This document shows, in pieces, positions 1 through 13,340 of a stretch of 64,000 nt of DNA (within the stretch, counting starts at the first letter, position 1; each line of letters starts with the position of its first letter). The notes beneath the pieces are model-generated. The model searched no databases and had not been told where the DNA came from. It saw nothing but the letters and a program-made list of their open reading frames with translations. Position numbers and translations under genes: made by a program. The stretch comes from Octopus vulgaris (lineage: Eukaryota). The stretch is from positions 25,854,001 through 25,918,000 of the forward strand of contig OX597825.1 of NCBI GenBank assembly GCA_951406725.2, given 5' to 3'.

Positions 1-268
1 TGCTCTTTTCTCGCCTGTTTATTCTCTGTCAACACCCTTTTCTCCTCTCTAATTTATCCTTTTATCAGAACACCAACTCTACGCACATGGAATATTCCTT
101 ACTATCCCTCCTCTCCCAACTTGCTCACTCCGACCACATCTCCTATATTTGAAAACATTGAACGTGTTTGACTTCTTCTCAATGTATTCCTTATTGCCTT
201 CTACCTTTTCTCTCTTTCCCTCCCTTTTAGTATGCACAGGCGTGTGTTCACGTGTATGCGTCTGTGTC

Positions 269-270
<2 letters not shown>

Positions 271-350
<80 letters not shown>
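271..350. repeat. (TA)n microsatellite
   Basis: Pure TA run; one of dozens of TA, CA, TATC, TATG, AAT, ATC and TTC tracts in the window. Confidence 0.95.
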
Positions 351-362
<12 letters not shown>

Positions 363-399
363 GTATGTGTGTGTGTTTGTTTACGCATATATACTTTTT

Positions 400-590
400 T
401 TTCACTCCTTTTTTTTCTCACCTTTTTTCTCTCCTTGTTTCTCTCCTTGTTTTTTCTGCGTCCCTTTCTCTAGAAGAGCGTAGGCTCGAAACATAAAAGA
501 CTTTTTCTATTTCTGAGCCTTACACTAATACATCTGTTTGTTTTGTACACCACCTGTCTTCGTCTTTTGTTTTTTTCGTTAACTCTCCTT
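400..590 (+). mobile_element. Family D Penelope-like non-autonomous repeat terminus with degenerate HHR-like motif
   Basis: ccttt-CTCTAGA-a-gagcgtaggctc-GAAAC-ata-aaaga at 463-500, then the ctgagc..ctaatac..cacctgtcttcgtcttttg tail shared with five other copies. Confidence 0.6.
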
Positions 591-1079
591 ACATTATATA
601 ATATATGTGTGTATGCGTGTGTCTGTTATTGTGTGTGTGTGTTTTGTATACCTATACTCTCATTGATAAACTTATTTACTCTTTCTCTACATCAGGGTAT
701 ACCCATCACTGTCCATATTTCAGAATTGATCTTATCCTAATTACAGAAGGAGCTCCTGGATTTCACCCGACCCACACTTGCTTTCTTATCGGTAATTCTT
801 TCTTTGTGTATATGCATAAAAGTTGTTGTTTGACCAAAATAAACTGGACTTCATGTTTGAGGGCATCGATGAATCTATCAAGTGTTTCTCTGGCACTCAA
901 CTGTGAATCGATCGCATTTGATAGAAGAAACAGCCGTAAGTTTATAATGGTTATAAAATAATCGTTTATTACTTTGTCACCTTGTTTGCTTATAACGGCG
1001 CTGTATTCCAGTAACGTATCGTTCTCAAGAAAACCTATATTGATTTCTACACCAGGTTATTAGTAATGCGATGCCTAAG

Positions 1080-1217
1080 CGGAATATGGAGTAACTGTGT
1101 GGTTAGTAGCTTGCTTCCCAACCACATGGTTCCGCGTTCAGTCCCACTTGTACTATAGCCTTTGGCCGACCAAGGCCTTGTGAGTGGCTTGGGTAGACGG
1201 AAACTGAGAGAAGACCA

Positions 1218-1220
<3 letters not shown>
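1080..1220 (+). mobile_element. SINE family A, 5' part (tRNA-derived head)
   Basis: tgtgtggttagtagcttgcttcccaaccacatggttccgcgttcagtcccac...gtagacggaaactga matches the head of the full copies at 30530 and 42516. Confidence 0.8.
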
Positions 1221-1274
<54 letters not shown>

Positions 1275-1313
1275 TATATATATGCATATATATATAAATA
1301 TATATATATATAC

Positions 1314-1361
<48 letters not shown>

Positions 1362-2023
1362 GTGTGTGTGTGTGTGAGACTGTGTGTATTTATATATATA
1401 TATATATATATATATCTGTCTCTGCGTATATGTAAGTGTAGTATGTGCGTGCGTGAATGTGTGAGACATTGCGTGTATCATATAGTCTGATTCTTCTTGG
1501 TTACTTGACTTGAGCGAAACAGAAAAAAAAACTTCTAAGTGTAACAGACGGCGAATATCCTTTGCAACGGTAAAATCATATTTTCATAGTTTAGCGAGAG
1601 TGAGTAATTGAGGACGTTGTTAATTCGCGTTCTCTTAGGTCACTTGAAAATTACCTTAATCTAATAAGGTGTGGTGCCATTACGAAAAAAAAAAATGGAA
1701 TGTTGCCATTTTACAGTAAATCTATTGTAATGTTATTAATAACCTCACTGTAGTTTCGATTTGATTATTTATACACACATACATATATACAAATATATAT
1801 ATATATAGATAGATATAGATATGTATGTGTATGTATGTATATATGTGTGTGTGTGTTTATATTTCCACCTTTATGTGCACACACACAGATACACGCTGAC
1901 ATATACGTGCATAATATATATATATATACCTATATATATGTGTGTGTATAAATGCGTATAAATATATGCGTATATATATATACATAGATATATATGTATA
2001 TATACATATGTGTGCATCTATCA

Positions 2024-2066
<43 letters not shown>

Positions 2067-2117
2067 AATCTATCTATCTATCTATCTATCTATCAATATA
2101 TATATCTATCTATCTCT

Positions 2118-2166
<49 letters not shown>

Positions 2167-2841
2167 TTCCTCTATCTAGCTATCAATTTCTCTTTCTATC
2201 CCACTGTCTATCTCTCACTTACTTTCTCTCTCTCTCTCTGTCTCTCTCTCTCTCTACACACACGAGCGCTCACATACTTATATAAGCTCACCAATAATAA
2301 TATTGCATACATTAGTTTAAGATTTAATTACGAGTTTCGAGAATACAGAGCAGCAATTATGTTCAAATATGAATCCTCGATGAACTATTTAAATACGGTT
2401 CGTGTTCTCGTACATCTTTGGATGTATGTCCTGCTAAATATAATTTTCTCTGCTGTACTTTTCAGATGTTGAAAAAAACTATACCACTCAGACATTCTTC
2501 TGTGAAATAGCTAGAAATGATAATAATTTTCATAACTTCATTACAGATTAAAAATATAGTTCAGAGATATTCTGTAGTCATTTCTTTCTTCTAGCTTATT
2601 TTGGTATTTAGTTTGTGTTAACTCTTCACTATGATATGCTAAGTCGTTAACAAGAAAGCATAATGATTAATAATGGTTTGTGATTTTGGCACAAAGAAAG
2701 CAAATCTGAAAGGGGAATGTTACTCGAAGCAATCGACCTCAGTACATAAGTAGTTCTTCATAAGTTGCCTTCCGTAGAATTTGAAATTATAATTTCCTGC
2801 TTAATAATAATAATAATATATATAATGAAGTCTGAAATAAT

Positions 2842-3054
2842 TCTTTCTGCCGTAATCACAAGGCCTGAACTTTTGAGGGCGGTGCCTAGTCATTTACATC
2901 GTCCCCAGTGCGAATCTGGTGTTTATTTATTTTATAGACATCGAAAGGTTGCAAAGTTAACCTCGGTGGAATTTGAACTCAGAACGTGAACGTGGACTAA
3001 ATGTCTCTAAGCATTTTGCCCAGCCTGCTAATGATTCCGCCAGCTCACCGCCTT
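2842..3054 (-). mobile_element. SINE family C, degenerate
   Basis: acctcggtggaatttgaactcagaacgt...ctcaccgcctt matches family C. Confidence 0.75.
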
Positions 3055-4372
3055 AATGTCTGTAAAAATAATCCTTTCTACCGGAAGCATAAGGCCTCAA
3101 ATTTGGGCAAAGGGTTTAAGTCAATTACATCGACCCCGTTTACAATTCTGTGTGCTGGATATTTGTTCAAACTTAATATCTTTTAAACCTCCCCTAATTT
3201 GCATCTCCACAAAAATCTACACCATTAAGGTTTGTAGAACTCACGTAAGAGAACTTTTGTATTTGAATTATGCTAAAAGAGACATATTGGAAGGGTCGAA
3301 CTTCAAAAGTAAAGAAAATAAATATTGGGTTGATTTGATTTACTAAAGTTGGTGCACCAGCATAGCCGCATTCCAATGACAGTAGCAAGCATACAAATAT
3401 ACACGAATGATGACTTTTGATTTGTGATTACTTATTGTTTCCATTAGACAAGTTTTATATAGAGATATATTTAAAGAATGCTCTTGCAATCAGCTAGAAA
3501 GACGAAGTGGATACTTGTTATTCCTGGGATATCTGATGACTCATGTGATCTTTCCTGTCTAACATCTTAATTTGTGATTGCACAAAAAAGGAAAAAAATG
3601 ATATTTTTCAAAAGTTGTTTTTAGCATCTTTTACTTGTAATTAACATATTAATTAAGATGTATAGATGGATTCATTTGATGTACAAGCTATTTAATGGTA
3701 GACTACAGTACTCCTATGCTAATTCCTACCTTATTTGGTAGGTAAAGGGATTGAAAATTTCATATTATTGTCAGTAGCAGACTTGCTCGTAAGGTTCTTT
3801 GCTATGACGAATAAAGAGGCGATAGGTAAATTTTATAAGAACCTGGCACAAATCCATCAAGGGTTTATCGACACCACTGGAAAGCCAGAACTAACTATCA
3901 CTTCTAAAGTGTGTAGACAAAGTGAACATTTATTTTCAATTAAGAATCACTTACACTAAGGCCTTTTCACAATGTAAATAAATTTCAATTGGCAGAGACA
4001 AATAACTAAACAAAATTAGAAATTGAGCTGATACATGAAAACGCAGAGAATCTTTTGGGAAATATTCGGAATTTTTTGTTTCTGCTTTTTTTTTTAAACA
4101 ACAAATCAATTATCTCTCTCTCACTAACTCACTTACGCACGCGCTCACATACGCACACACACACACACACACACAAACGCACACACACACACACAAACTC
4201 TGTCACACATACACATACCTATACATATATATTTCTTATGTGTATATGTATATATATGTATATCTGTATGCATGTATATATATGCATACATATATGTATA
4301 TATATATATATATTTATACATATGTATGTATATATATATATACATGCACACACACACAAAACACGCACGAAA

Positions 4373-4413
<41 letters not shown>

Positions 4414-5188
4414 AATCAAGTGTGTTAGTGTGTGCATCGAATACCACCATATACAGCCACATATATAAATATACATATACATGTGTGTATATATATGTGT
4501 GTGTGTGTATGTGTGTTTCTGTTTACATATACATACATGCATACACACACACATGTACACACACACACGCACACATACATGGTAACTGAAATTGTGTCAC
4601 AATTATTGTCTTGTTTTCTGTTAAACTATGTGTGAATATAATCAATATTGACATCAATCGGATGTTTGAAACCCAATAAGTTTTCAGTGCTTATTCTCTT
4701 TAACGTTATATTGTTTCTATTTAGGAATATTGGCATTAATGTGCTGAGAGACCACTCTCTCTCTCTCTCTCTCTCTGTGTGTTACAAACAAGCAGAGAGA
4801 AGGAAAGATTGGCAGACAGACACACTTGCAGCTATGTTTATGAGAGAGATGTACGTCATAAAGCGCAAAAAGAAGATTAGTTCTTGGTGATTATTTTATT
4901 CTTCTATGATCAGAACACATGAAAGTAATTTCCAGCAATTTTAAGTCTGTACTAAACTAGGTAAGTGGGATAATTAACAAACAGTATATTGTGGAAATCT
5001 AGGTGACAACTGGTTATTTAATATTATCATTATTGTAGCTGTTGTAGTGACAAAATTTGGCAAAAGTACAAAGATCTTTTATAAAATAGGACCAAATGCT
5101 TCAAATTATTTACTTTCATATCTCCGTGTTTTACGAAGTTGACCTTGTTCGGGTGAAATACCTGCTGAGTAATGAAGTAGATTATATC

Positions 5189-5585
5189 AGTGGAGGCGCA
5201 ATGGCCCAGTGGTTAGGGCAGCGGACTCGCGGTCATAGGATCGCGGTTTCGATTCCCAGACCGGGCGCTGTGAGTGTTTATTGAGCGAAAACACCTAAAA
5301 GCTCCACGACGCTCCGGCAGGGGATGGTGGTGATCCCTGCTGTACTCTTTCACCACAACTTTCTCTCACTCTTACTTCCTGTTTCTGTTGTACCTGTATT
5401 TCAAGGGACCGGCCTTGTCACTCTCTGTGTCACGCTGAATATCCCCGAGAACTACGTTAAGGGTGCACGTTTCTGTGGAGCGCTCAGCCACTTACACGTT
5501 AATTTCACGAGCAGGCTGTTCCGTTGATTCGGATCAACCGGAACCCTCATCGTCGTAACCGTCGGAGTGCTTCCATATCCCATCC
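5189..5585 (+). mobile_element. SINE family B (tRNA head) with tail type 1
   Basis: A box tggcccagtgg, B box tttcgattccc; target-site duplication agattatatc at 5179-5188 and 5586-5595. Confidence 0.88.
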
Positions 5586-5893
5586 AGATTATATCGATTC
5601 TACACTTTTCTAGATATTTTTGATTTTTCGTAAAAACATGTTATCAATATGGAACAGATGGATTCAGTAGATGCTCGTTGCACACATAAATGACCAAGAT
5701 GTCTGTTGGTAGAAAATATTTTCTGTTGGCAATGAAAATGGTAAGGTGGCAGGGTTGCTAGATTGTCGGTTAGAATGTTTTGCATTATTCATTCTGGCTC
5801 TATGAGATCCGAGTTCAAATCCTGTGGAGGTCAACTTCATCTTTCGCCATTTAATGATCGATAAATAATACTGATAGAAGTATATTTGAGGAG

Positions 5894-5971
<78 letters not shown>

Positions 5972-6656
5972 TTATCTATCTAGTCAATTGTCTGTCTGTA
6001 CACACGCGAGCGCACGTGGATAGATAAAGATAGATTGACATATATGTAGGAGTGTGTCTGTGTGTGTGTATACACGGGAGGTGACAATCGTTCTCGTGTC
6101 GTCTCCCTTCGATATTTATATTGCATTTTTAAACGCAGTACGTTAAAAAGAGGTGTTATATCTGAACGAATACCGCAGCAGATTGCCTTTCAATAGGGTA
6201 TTTAAATTAACAAACTATACACAGATGGCTTTGTTTCATTTATTGCTCCTTCTATTCTATAAAACGGGCACACACACACATATATGTGCCTTCCTGTGTA
6301 TGGGTAGTTTTGAATTATATACACTATATAGATTTTAAGTTTAACACACACATTATTTTCTTCACACATATACGAGAAGTATTTCTCTCGTTGTGTACGA
6401 CAACATATTTACATGAAACATATGCATGCACGCACACCTGCACATAAAAGACAGACAGACCCGCATATTTCGATGTATACCTATATATGTGAGTGTGTGC
6501 AAGAATCAAAACACAAATGTACTGCGTACATTTGAGGAAAATATGCCTAGGTAAATTAAGTATTTAATTACATACACGAAGGACCGCATTCGTGCAGATA
6601 TACATGCACACTAACGCAGGCACACACACGTACGCACACACACACACACATGTGTT

Positions 6657-6730
<74 letters not shown>

Positions 6731-6795
6731 TAAGACATATACTTATACATACGCATATGACTTCATACATATATACATATGCTTGTGTGTGTGAG

Positions 6796-6833
<38 letters not shown>

Positions 6834-7144
6834 GGAGAGTGAAAGATAGTGTGTATGTGTGTAGATGTATGTCGTGAAGACTTACCTATATTTTCAATTA
6901 GCATCACAAGGAATTAGCTGAGTTAGAATACATCAAAGAAAATCATTTTCCAAGAAGCATTGACAATTACAATAATAACAGCGAACGTGACAAACACCCC
7001 TGCTACTACCACTACCATCATCCATCTTGCATTACCAACATCCGCCTGACAACCGCCGCCATCAAACAACACTTTTCTTAGTGGGACAAGTAAGAAAACG
7101 ACCAATTTCTTCTTATGATACAAATAACATACACCTACTCCGCC

Positions 7145-7222
7145 GTCCTCCTCCTCATCTGCATCCTCCTCCTCATATGCATCCTCCTCCTCATCTGCAT
7201 CCTCCTCCTCATCTGCATCCTC
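7145..7222. repeat. 18-bp minisatellite (tcctcctcatctgcatcc-like, about 4 copies)
   Basis: Tandem units read directly from the sequence. Confidence 0.8.
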
Positions 7223-8740
7223 CTTCCCTTCTTCGTCCTTATTATAATCGTCATTATCAATATCAGCATCATCCAGTCTCTCACCATGACTACCAAATCC
7301 AGTATGTCTACTCCCACTATCTATCAAGGGAATCTGTACGCGTGGGCGTATGAAACCTACGCAAGTTAGCAAATTTCAAATTAGAAAGCAAGGGTTCACT
7401 CGCAAAAATCCCAAATATCCAATACGAAAATAAAATTGGTTTTAGTCTGAAACCCAGCACAGTACTTGAATTGGTAATCTTAGAAAGTGATTATTGTTCT
7501 GTGTGTAGTTGTGACCTATTTCCTTCTGATGACGATGCAAGTTATTCTTTGATGAACCTAGCAGAAACTATTAAATCTAGACTATTAAATCTTTTCTTAA
7601 ATTACAGCCAACAGTTTTCAAACAATACAGTTGAGTGTATTTTGGACAATATGTCTCAGTTGTAGAATGAACTATGGAGCATACATATGAATTTATTAGC
7701 CATCACTGCATGTTACAAGTGTAAACGACGCAATTATACAATATGCTTGCGGTTATATAAGGTAAGAACAGTTTTATGCACGTTTCCATTCTGGTCGGAA
7801 TCATCAGTTGTTCCCTCTTTTCTGTACACAAATATACTGTATAGATGTTTTTGTTTACAACCATCGTAACACAATGCTGGTTAATAAATCCATAGTTGTT
7901 TTGTTGAGTCCATAATAGCAATGAAACCAGACACTAGCAACACAGAAGAAATTTAATATCTTATTAGATAAACGATGCTTACGGTGATCTAGGCAGGAAC
8001 TCCTTTCATCATAGTTTTGCTTAATAAGGACTAACCTGAATCAAAACAGCAGCAATACTTACGTAAACATTATGAGCAGGCGATCGGGACGCTTTGCAAC
8101 TGTTGAGTATGCTTCCATTCGAATTCTATCAAATATCACACAGTTGCTAAAGAATATCTGCATATTTGTTCTTAATACTTCTTGGCAGGTTCAGACCAAA
8201 ATCTAAATATGTTAGTCGCTGTAGTTTACATCTAAGGAGGATAAAACAACTCTTCTTTTATAATGGAAGTGTGTTCGACGTTAGCATTGAGGATTCTGGG
8301 CCACAGCTATTTCAACTTGTATCTCATCAGCCAGAAGTACAGAAGGCATTTGAGTCCAGTCAAGAAGCTAGCTTGTCTTTATAGACTATTGGTTAAAAAA
8401 CCCCAAACAAACTAAAAAAACAAACACAGACAGCATATAATACAAAGGTGTTATAGATATACAACGAAATAAAAGACATGCTTACCATTAAATCCATTCC
8501 TACAAATATGGATATCACCAAAAAATTAACGACAGAGAAAGTCGGGTGAATATATAGTAATATACTGAAAGGAATCCATGCATAACATACAGGCATGTGT
8601 AATATATATCACGATTGGGCGGGGGCTGGAGTGGGGCTGAAATTCTTTCAAACGTATCCAGTACCTTGTTGAAGAATACTGTTGAATAACTACTTCAAGA
8701 GTTGATAGTCAACTGTGACTTTTAATATTTTTTATATATA

Positions 8741-8955
8741 CGGCGATGAGCTGGAAGAATCGTTAGTTCGCCGTACAAAATCCTTGGTGGTACTTCGTTC
8801 GTCTTTATGATCTGAGTTCAAATTGTGTTGAGATTAACTTTACCATTCATTCTTTTGGCCCGATAAAATAAGTTTCAGCTGAGCATTGAGTTCGATGTAA
8901 TAAATTAATCCCCTCCCCTTAAATTGCTGGACTCGTGCCAAAATTTGAAACCAAT
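8741..8955 (+). mobile_element. SINE family C, degenerate
   Basis: cggcgatgagctggaagaatcgttag...tctgagttcaaatt...gtgccaaaatttgaaacc. Confidence 0.75.
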
Positions 8956-9110
8956 GTTTGATTGATTTTTCATGAATTTTTCTGCTACGTTCCTGTCTCA
9001 AATCTAGTGTTTCCTTCGTCTTTTCCTCTTCATTATTGTTGTAATTCCACCGTGACATCGTTGTTCTTATTCATCACTAGTTCCTTTTATTTGATATAAT
9101 ACCTACCCCC

Positions 9111-9430
9111 AAGGCGACAAGCTGGCAGAATCATTAGCACACTGAGCCAAATTCTTAGCAACATTTCGGTGATCTATATTCTGAGTTCAAAGTCCGTCGT
9201 GATCGGCTTTGCCTTTCATCCTTCGCGATCAAAAAAATAACTAGCAATTGGGTACTGCGGTCGATGTAATCAACTTATACCTCCTCCAAATTCTGCTTGT
9301 GTGCTAGCAGAATCGTTAGCACGCCGAGCAAAATGATTAGCGACATTTTGTTTGTCTTTACGTCGAATTCGACTTTATTATCCACCATTTTGTTTAACGC
9401 ACGAACGATTCGCCAGTTCGTCGACTTAAT
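9111..9430 (+). mobile_element. SINE family C, two degenerate pieces
   Basis: aaggcgacaagctggcagaatcattagcac...ctttgcctttcatcc; second head gcagaatcgttagcacgcc near 9308. Confidence 0.7.
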
Positions 9431-9446
9431 AATAGTCATGACGTTG

Positions 9447-9483
<37 letters not shown>

Positions 9484-9540
9484 TGATGATAATAATAATA
9501 ATAATAATAATAATGATAATAATAATAATAATAATAATAA

Positions 9541-10089
9541 TATGCAGTACCAGGCAGTGGCTCTCATGGCTTCTGATCTTAACTGATTGGAAGTGTTATC
9601 ATGTACATTGTTTTGTCTTGGTATAAAAGATGGGCTACAGCAAATATTCTGCTCAATACCACAGATTTGCTTGTCAGTTGTTTGACTTTAACCAGTTGAG
9701 CATGTCCCTTAGTGGCTGACGATATGTGCATCTCTGATCACGAGCAGAAGTAGTGGCGGAGCATCATAGCCATGTGTTGAGTGGGATTCTTTGAAGTTTG
9801 AATAATTCACCTCTGGAAACATGGGTGGTTCTTTCAACATCCTTAAACAACCCTTATTCGGGGACCTTTTGAGCGGGATGGGCAACTCAACCTGAAGAAA
9901 ATTCTAACTGGGCCCCAACTGCAAGGTCATGTGCTGTTTATCTTGATATGAGATCACCATGTCGCGCACATATGGTTGTGATGCATGTGCGTGGTGTACC
10001 CTTATCAGACGGGTAGTCATGATGGGTATATTGGGCTTTGTATATTTTACCCCAGTGTCACTTTGATGGCATGCACTGCTCTCTCACTC
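9541..10089 (+). mobile_element. Unclassified insertion within an (AAT)n tract, probably the 3' UTR of a truncated non-LTR element
   Basis: About 550 bp of more GC-rich sequence flanked on both sides by (AAT)n and ending ctctcactc-aataataat. Confidence 0.5.
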
Positions 10090-10106
10090 AATAATAATAA
10101 TAATAA

Positions 10107-10928
10107 TCATTCACTTGTAAGGGGTATTAGGGCTATGCAGAATATTAAAGGTGAAAGTGAGTCACCTTGAAAAATTCCACAGTTGATGTTTATATTTTCT
10201 GAGGCAAGTACTCCATTAGAGTGGTATAATTGGAGATTCGTATTCCACAACGACATATTGTGCTTCAGGAAGTTTGAAATCACAGGGGAAATTTTGAAGA
10301 TGTCCAGCGATCTCAAGATCCATGGATGCGGTATACTGTCGAAGGCCTTTTTATAGTCAATCCATGTGGTGCTGAGATTTCTGCGCTTGTTGTGACAGTT
10401 CTCAAGGATCATACGATTGATTAGCAGTTGATCTTTGCATCCGTAAGAGCCTCGGCGGCACCCTTTTTGTTCAATGGGGAAAATATCGTTCTTCTCCATG
10501 AATGCATATGTTTTCTCCGCCAGGATAGATGTTAGGATTTTATACGTGGTGGATAGACAGGTTATAGGCCGATAGTTTTTTGGAAGGTTGGTTTCGTTAT
10601 TCTTTGGGAGTAGGTAAGTAATGCCACTTGCTAACCATTCAGGTGTTTTCTTTGGGTCTCTCATAATTCCATTGAGCAGCTGAACTAGCTTACCGTGTGC
10701 GCATGGGAGCGATGCGAGCCAGAAATTCGGCACCCTATCTTTACCGGGGGATTTCCAATTATGGGCCTTCGTGAGTGCCTTTCTTAGGTCTGCTATTGTG
10801 ATGTCTTCCCATGCTTGTTGTTGTAAATTTTGGTAGGATCCTTCAGTTTGTATAATCCAGTCTGCATTTATGTTGTACGTCTTCTTGTCACTCCAAATCC
10901 TTTTCCAAAAATTTTGAACTTCTTCCAT
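10107..10928 (-). pseudogene. Reverse transcriptase fragment of a REL-type LINE, ending before the YxDD motif
   Basis: RT motifs NYRPITCL, DYKKAFDS and QGDSLSP in the ORF track. Confidence 0.9.
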
Positions 10929-12289
10929 GGGAGGGGGGGTCTTTAACGGTTACTTTCTCCTTCCCTATTTCTCTGTAGAATTTTTTGGCATTGGATGTGA
11001 ACAGCTTATTTTGCTTGTAAAACTTGTTTCTCTTCTCAAATCTTCGTATTCTTTGGGCTTTTGCTTGGGCTTTTTGTTTCAGCGTTTCTTTTATTTATAT
11101 CAGTTCTTCTCTTGGCGAGGATCCACATTTTCTCTTCATCTTTCTTCCTGTTCTGGATCTTACATCATTTCCACATATTAGTTCATTTAATATTGATATT
11201 TCCCCTCTCATAAATTCAATCTCTTTTTACTTCTCCAGGTTTGATTTCTTCCCAGGTTTTGTTTTCTTTGTTTTTTCGGGGGCATACAGCTGGTTTCAAT
11301 TGCCCTAGCAGAAGCGTAAATAATTTCATTTAACTCAGTAAAATCAGGTTTTAATTCTCGTATTATTTCATTTGTTACATAGTTGCCAATTTGGATTTGT
11401 TTTTATTTTGGTTTGTATTTGAGAGTTTATGAAGTGGTTCTCTATCATTCATACTTGTATGTCTTACAACTTCAAGCGTATTCAGGATTTTCTGCCTCAT
11501 TTCTGCCATAGACTCTCTGTATTCTTCAGCAAATGCGAGATCTTCAGTTACTGTTGTTTTTTCGTTTTCCTGGCTATCTTTAACAGGTACAATAGAATTT
11601 CTTGTATCTTCAGGCCTTTGCGTACTTTGGTCAGATGGCAGTCTTTCAATTAAGCCTCGTGGCGGGCTATACTGTTCATCTGATTCTTCATTTCCTTTGT
11701 GTCTTATATTTATGTCATTTTCCGTTGCGTGCTTGATCGCGCTTATTTCACTGTCTGTGAGTCTGTTATTTCTAAGGATATCCCTCCTCACATTTGCTAA
11801 TTTGTTCTCGTCCAAATAGGGCCTACTGTCTTGATTCCGTGTTCTCCATATACTGTAAGAGTTTGCGGTGTGTCTCTCTTGAGATGGCCTACCTAATGCA
11901 TAGTAATAAGCGTATATTACTTCTTTATACTCTTCTCGGGTCCATTTGTTCCGCTTACATTTTCTTTCTGTGGTGGTTGTGGTGGTGAACTTGGAGGGCT
12001 CGAGTTGGGGGATTTCCCGTTCAAGTGACCATCCATGTCCGTATTCGGAGAAGAGTTTGTGCCAGTTGATGAGTTTTCGATCCCAGGCTGGCTCTTCCCT
12101 GGGGGACGCGCTTCCAGATTAACCATAGGACAAGCGATTTGGTATACTGATTTAGTTTTCCTTTTAGTTTCCAAAAACATTTTGGTGCTACGATAATGTT
12201 ATCATTTTTTAGCTTTGATTGGCTCGTGGGGAGACGGCCATCATTGCCGTTACAATTATAATCGTACCATTATAGCAGCCGTAGTCGGC
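10107..12289 (-). mobile_element. R4/Dong-type non-LTR retrotransposon, 5' UTR to RT domain 5 (frameshifted, 3'-truncated)
   Basis: ORF 10107-10928 carries KSPGKD, NYRPITCL, EQKGCRRG, WIDYKKAFDSIPH and GIFQGDSLSP; upstream frameshifted ORFs 11375-11815 and 11917-12180; 5' end abuts AAT repeats. Confidence 0.88.
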
Positions 12290-12433
12290 TTATTATTGTT
12301 ATTATCATCACCATTACCATCACTATCATCATTATCATCACCATTACCATCATCATCATCATCATCACCATCACCATCACCACCATCATCATCAATGATA
12401 TTGTTTTATGTGTAGTCACAGCAGTATAATAAT

Positions 12434-12543
12434 AATAACCCGGAACTACCAGGCCAATAACCCGGAACTACAAGGCTAATAACCCGGAAGTACCAGGCTA
12501 ATAACCCGGAACTACCAGGCTAATAACCCGGAACTACCAGGCC
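12434..12543 (+). repeat. 5 x 22-bp tandem repeat (aataacccggaactaccaggcy) at the LINE 5' truncation junction
   Basis: Units start at 12434, 12456, 12478, 12500 and 12522; the last copy reads in frame as TRNYQA into the LINE ORF. Confidence 0.92.
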
Positions 12544-13340
12544 AATGTGATGAAAAATGGAGCAGACCCAAAATGCCGATTCTGCAACGACATGATTGAA
12601 ACAGTGGACCACCTAATCTCTGGATGTAAAGTCTTAGCTCCAGTGGAGTATAAATTAAGACATGACAGAGTTGGCCAATATCTACACTGGCTAATAAGTC
12701 GGCATTACAATATCAAAACTGCCGACAAGTGGTATAATTACCACACTGAGGCTGTAACTGAAGGAGAAAATGTAACCATTCTGTGGGACTTTCCAGTACA
12801 TACAGACCGAACCATCAAGGCCAATAAACCAGATATTGTTGTGAAAGGCCAAAACAATAAAGTTTGCTTATTGATCGACATGAGCATCCCCTGTGATCAT
12901 AATATCTCAGCGAAAGAGTTTGACAAGCTCAGAAAATATAAAGACCTACTCATTGAAATTGAGAAAATGTGGCATCTCAAGGCGGTTACAATACCAGTGA
13001 TCGTAGGAGCACTAGGAATGATCAAGAAGGGAACCGAAAATTATATGAGAATGATCCCTGGCTTACCATCCCTGCAAGAAGTGCAAAAGATTGTCTTAAC
13101 TGGTACATCACACGTATTGAGAAGAGCATTGTCGATGTGAGAACTGTTGCTGCTCATGTATTTTAATTTAACTTAAAAAAAAAAATGAACGAACTACTGA
13201 GTTTGGTTTAATGGCCTACCAATGTATACTATGAGTTTCTTTGCCCTAGGAGTCGGGAAGACACTCGGCAAGAAATGGAAGCAAATTTGAAAGAAGAAAA
13301 AAAAAGTAATAATAATAATAACAATAATAATAATAATAAT
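12434..13340 (+). mobile_element. R4/Dong-type LINE 3' part: CCHC zinc knuckle, restriction-like endonuclease, 3' UTR and (AAT)n
   Basis: ORF 12547-13140 has CRFC..ETVDHLISGC, RHD, KPD, LIDMSIP, KLRKY and IPVIVGALG; followed by an A-rich tail and (AAT)n. Confidence 0.9.

Noticed and set aside
79-496. ORFs of poly-IY, poly-HT, poly-N, poly-S and poly-T type here and throughout the window
   Set aside because: They are translations of microsatellites that lack stop codons in some frames.
5192-5270. Functional tRNA genes at SINE heads
   Set aside because: The acceptor stems do not close and the heads run into repeat bodies with TSDs, so they are SINE promoters.
6923-7372. 149-aa acidic ORF with EEEDAD repeats
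   Set aside because: Explained by an 18-bp minisatellite in low-complexity sequence; no domain recognised.
12180-12289. HDV-like ribozyme in the LINE 5' UTR
   Set aside because: Several small hairpins are present, but I could not build the nested P1/P2/P3/P1.1 pseudoknot.
12434-12543. CRISPR-like regular repeat
   Set aside because: The units are contiguous with no spacers, the context is eukaryotic and there are no cas genes.
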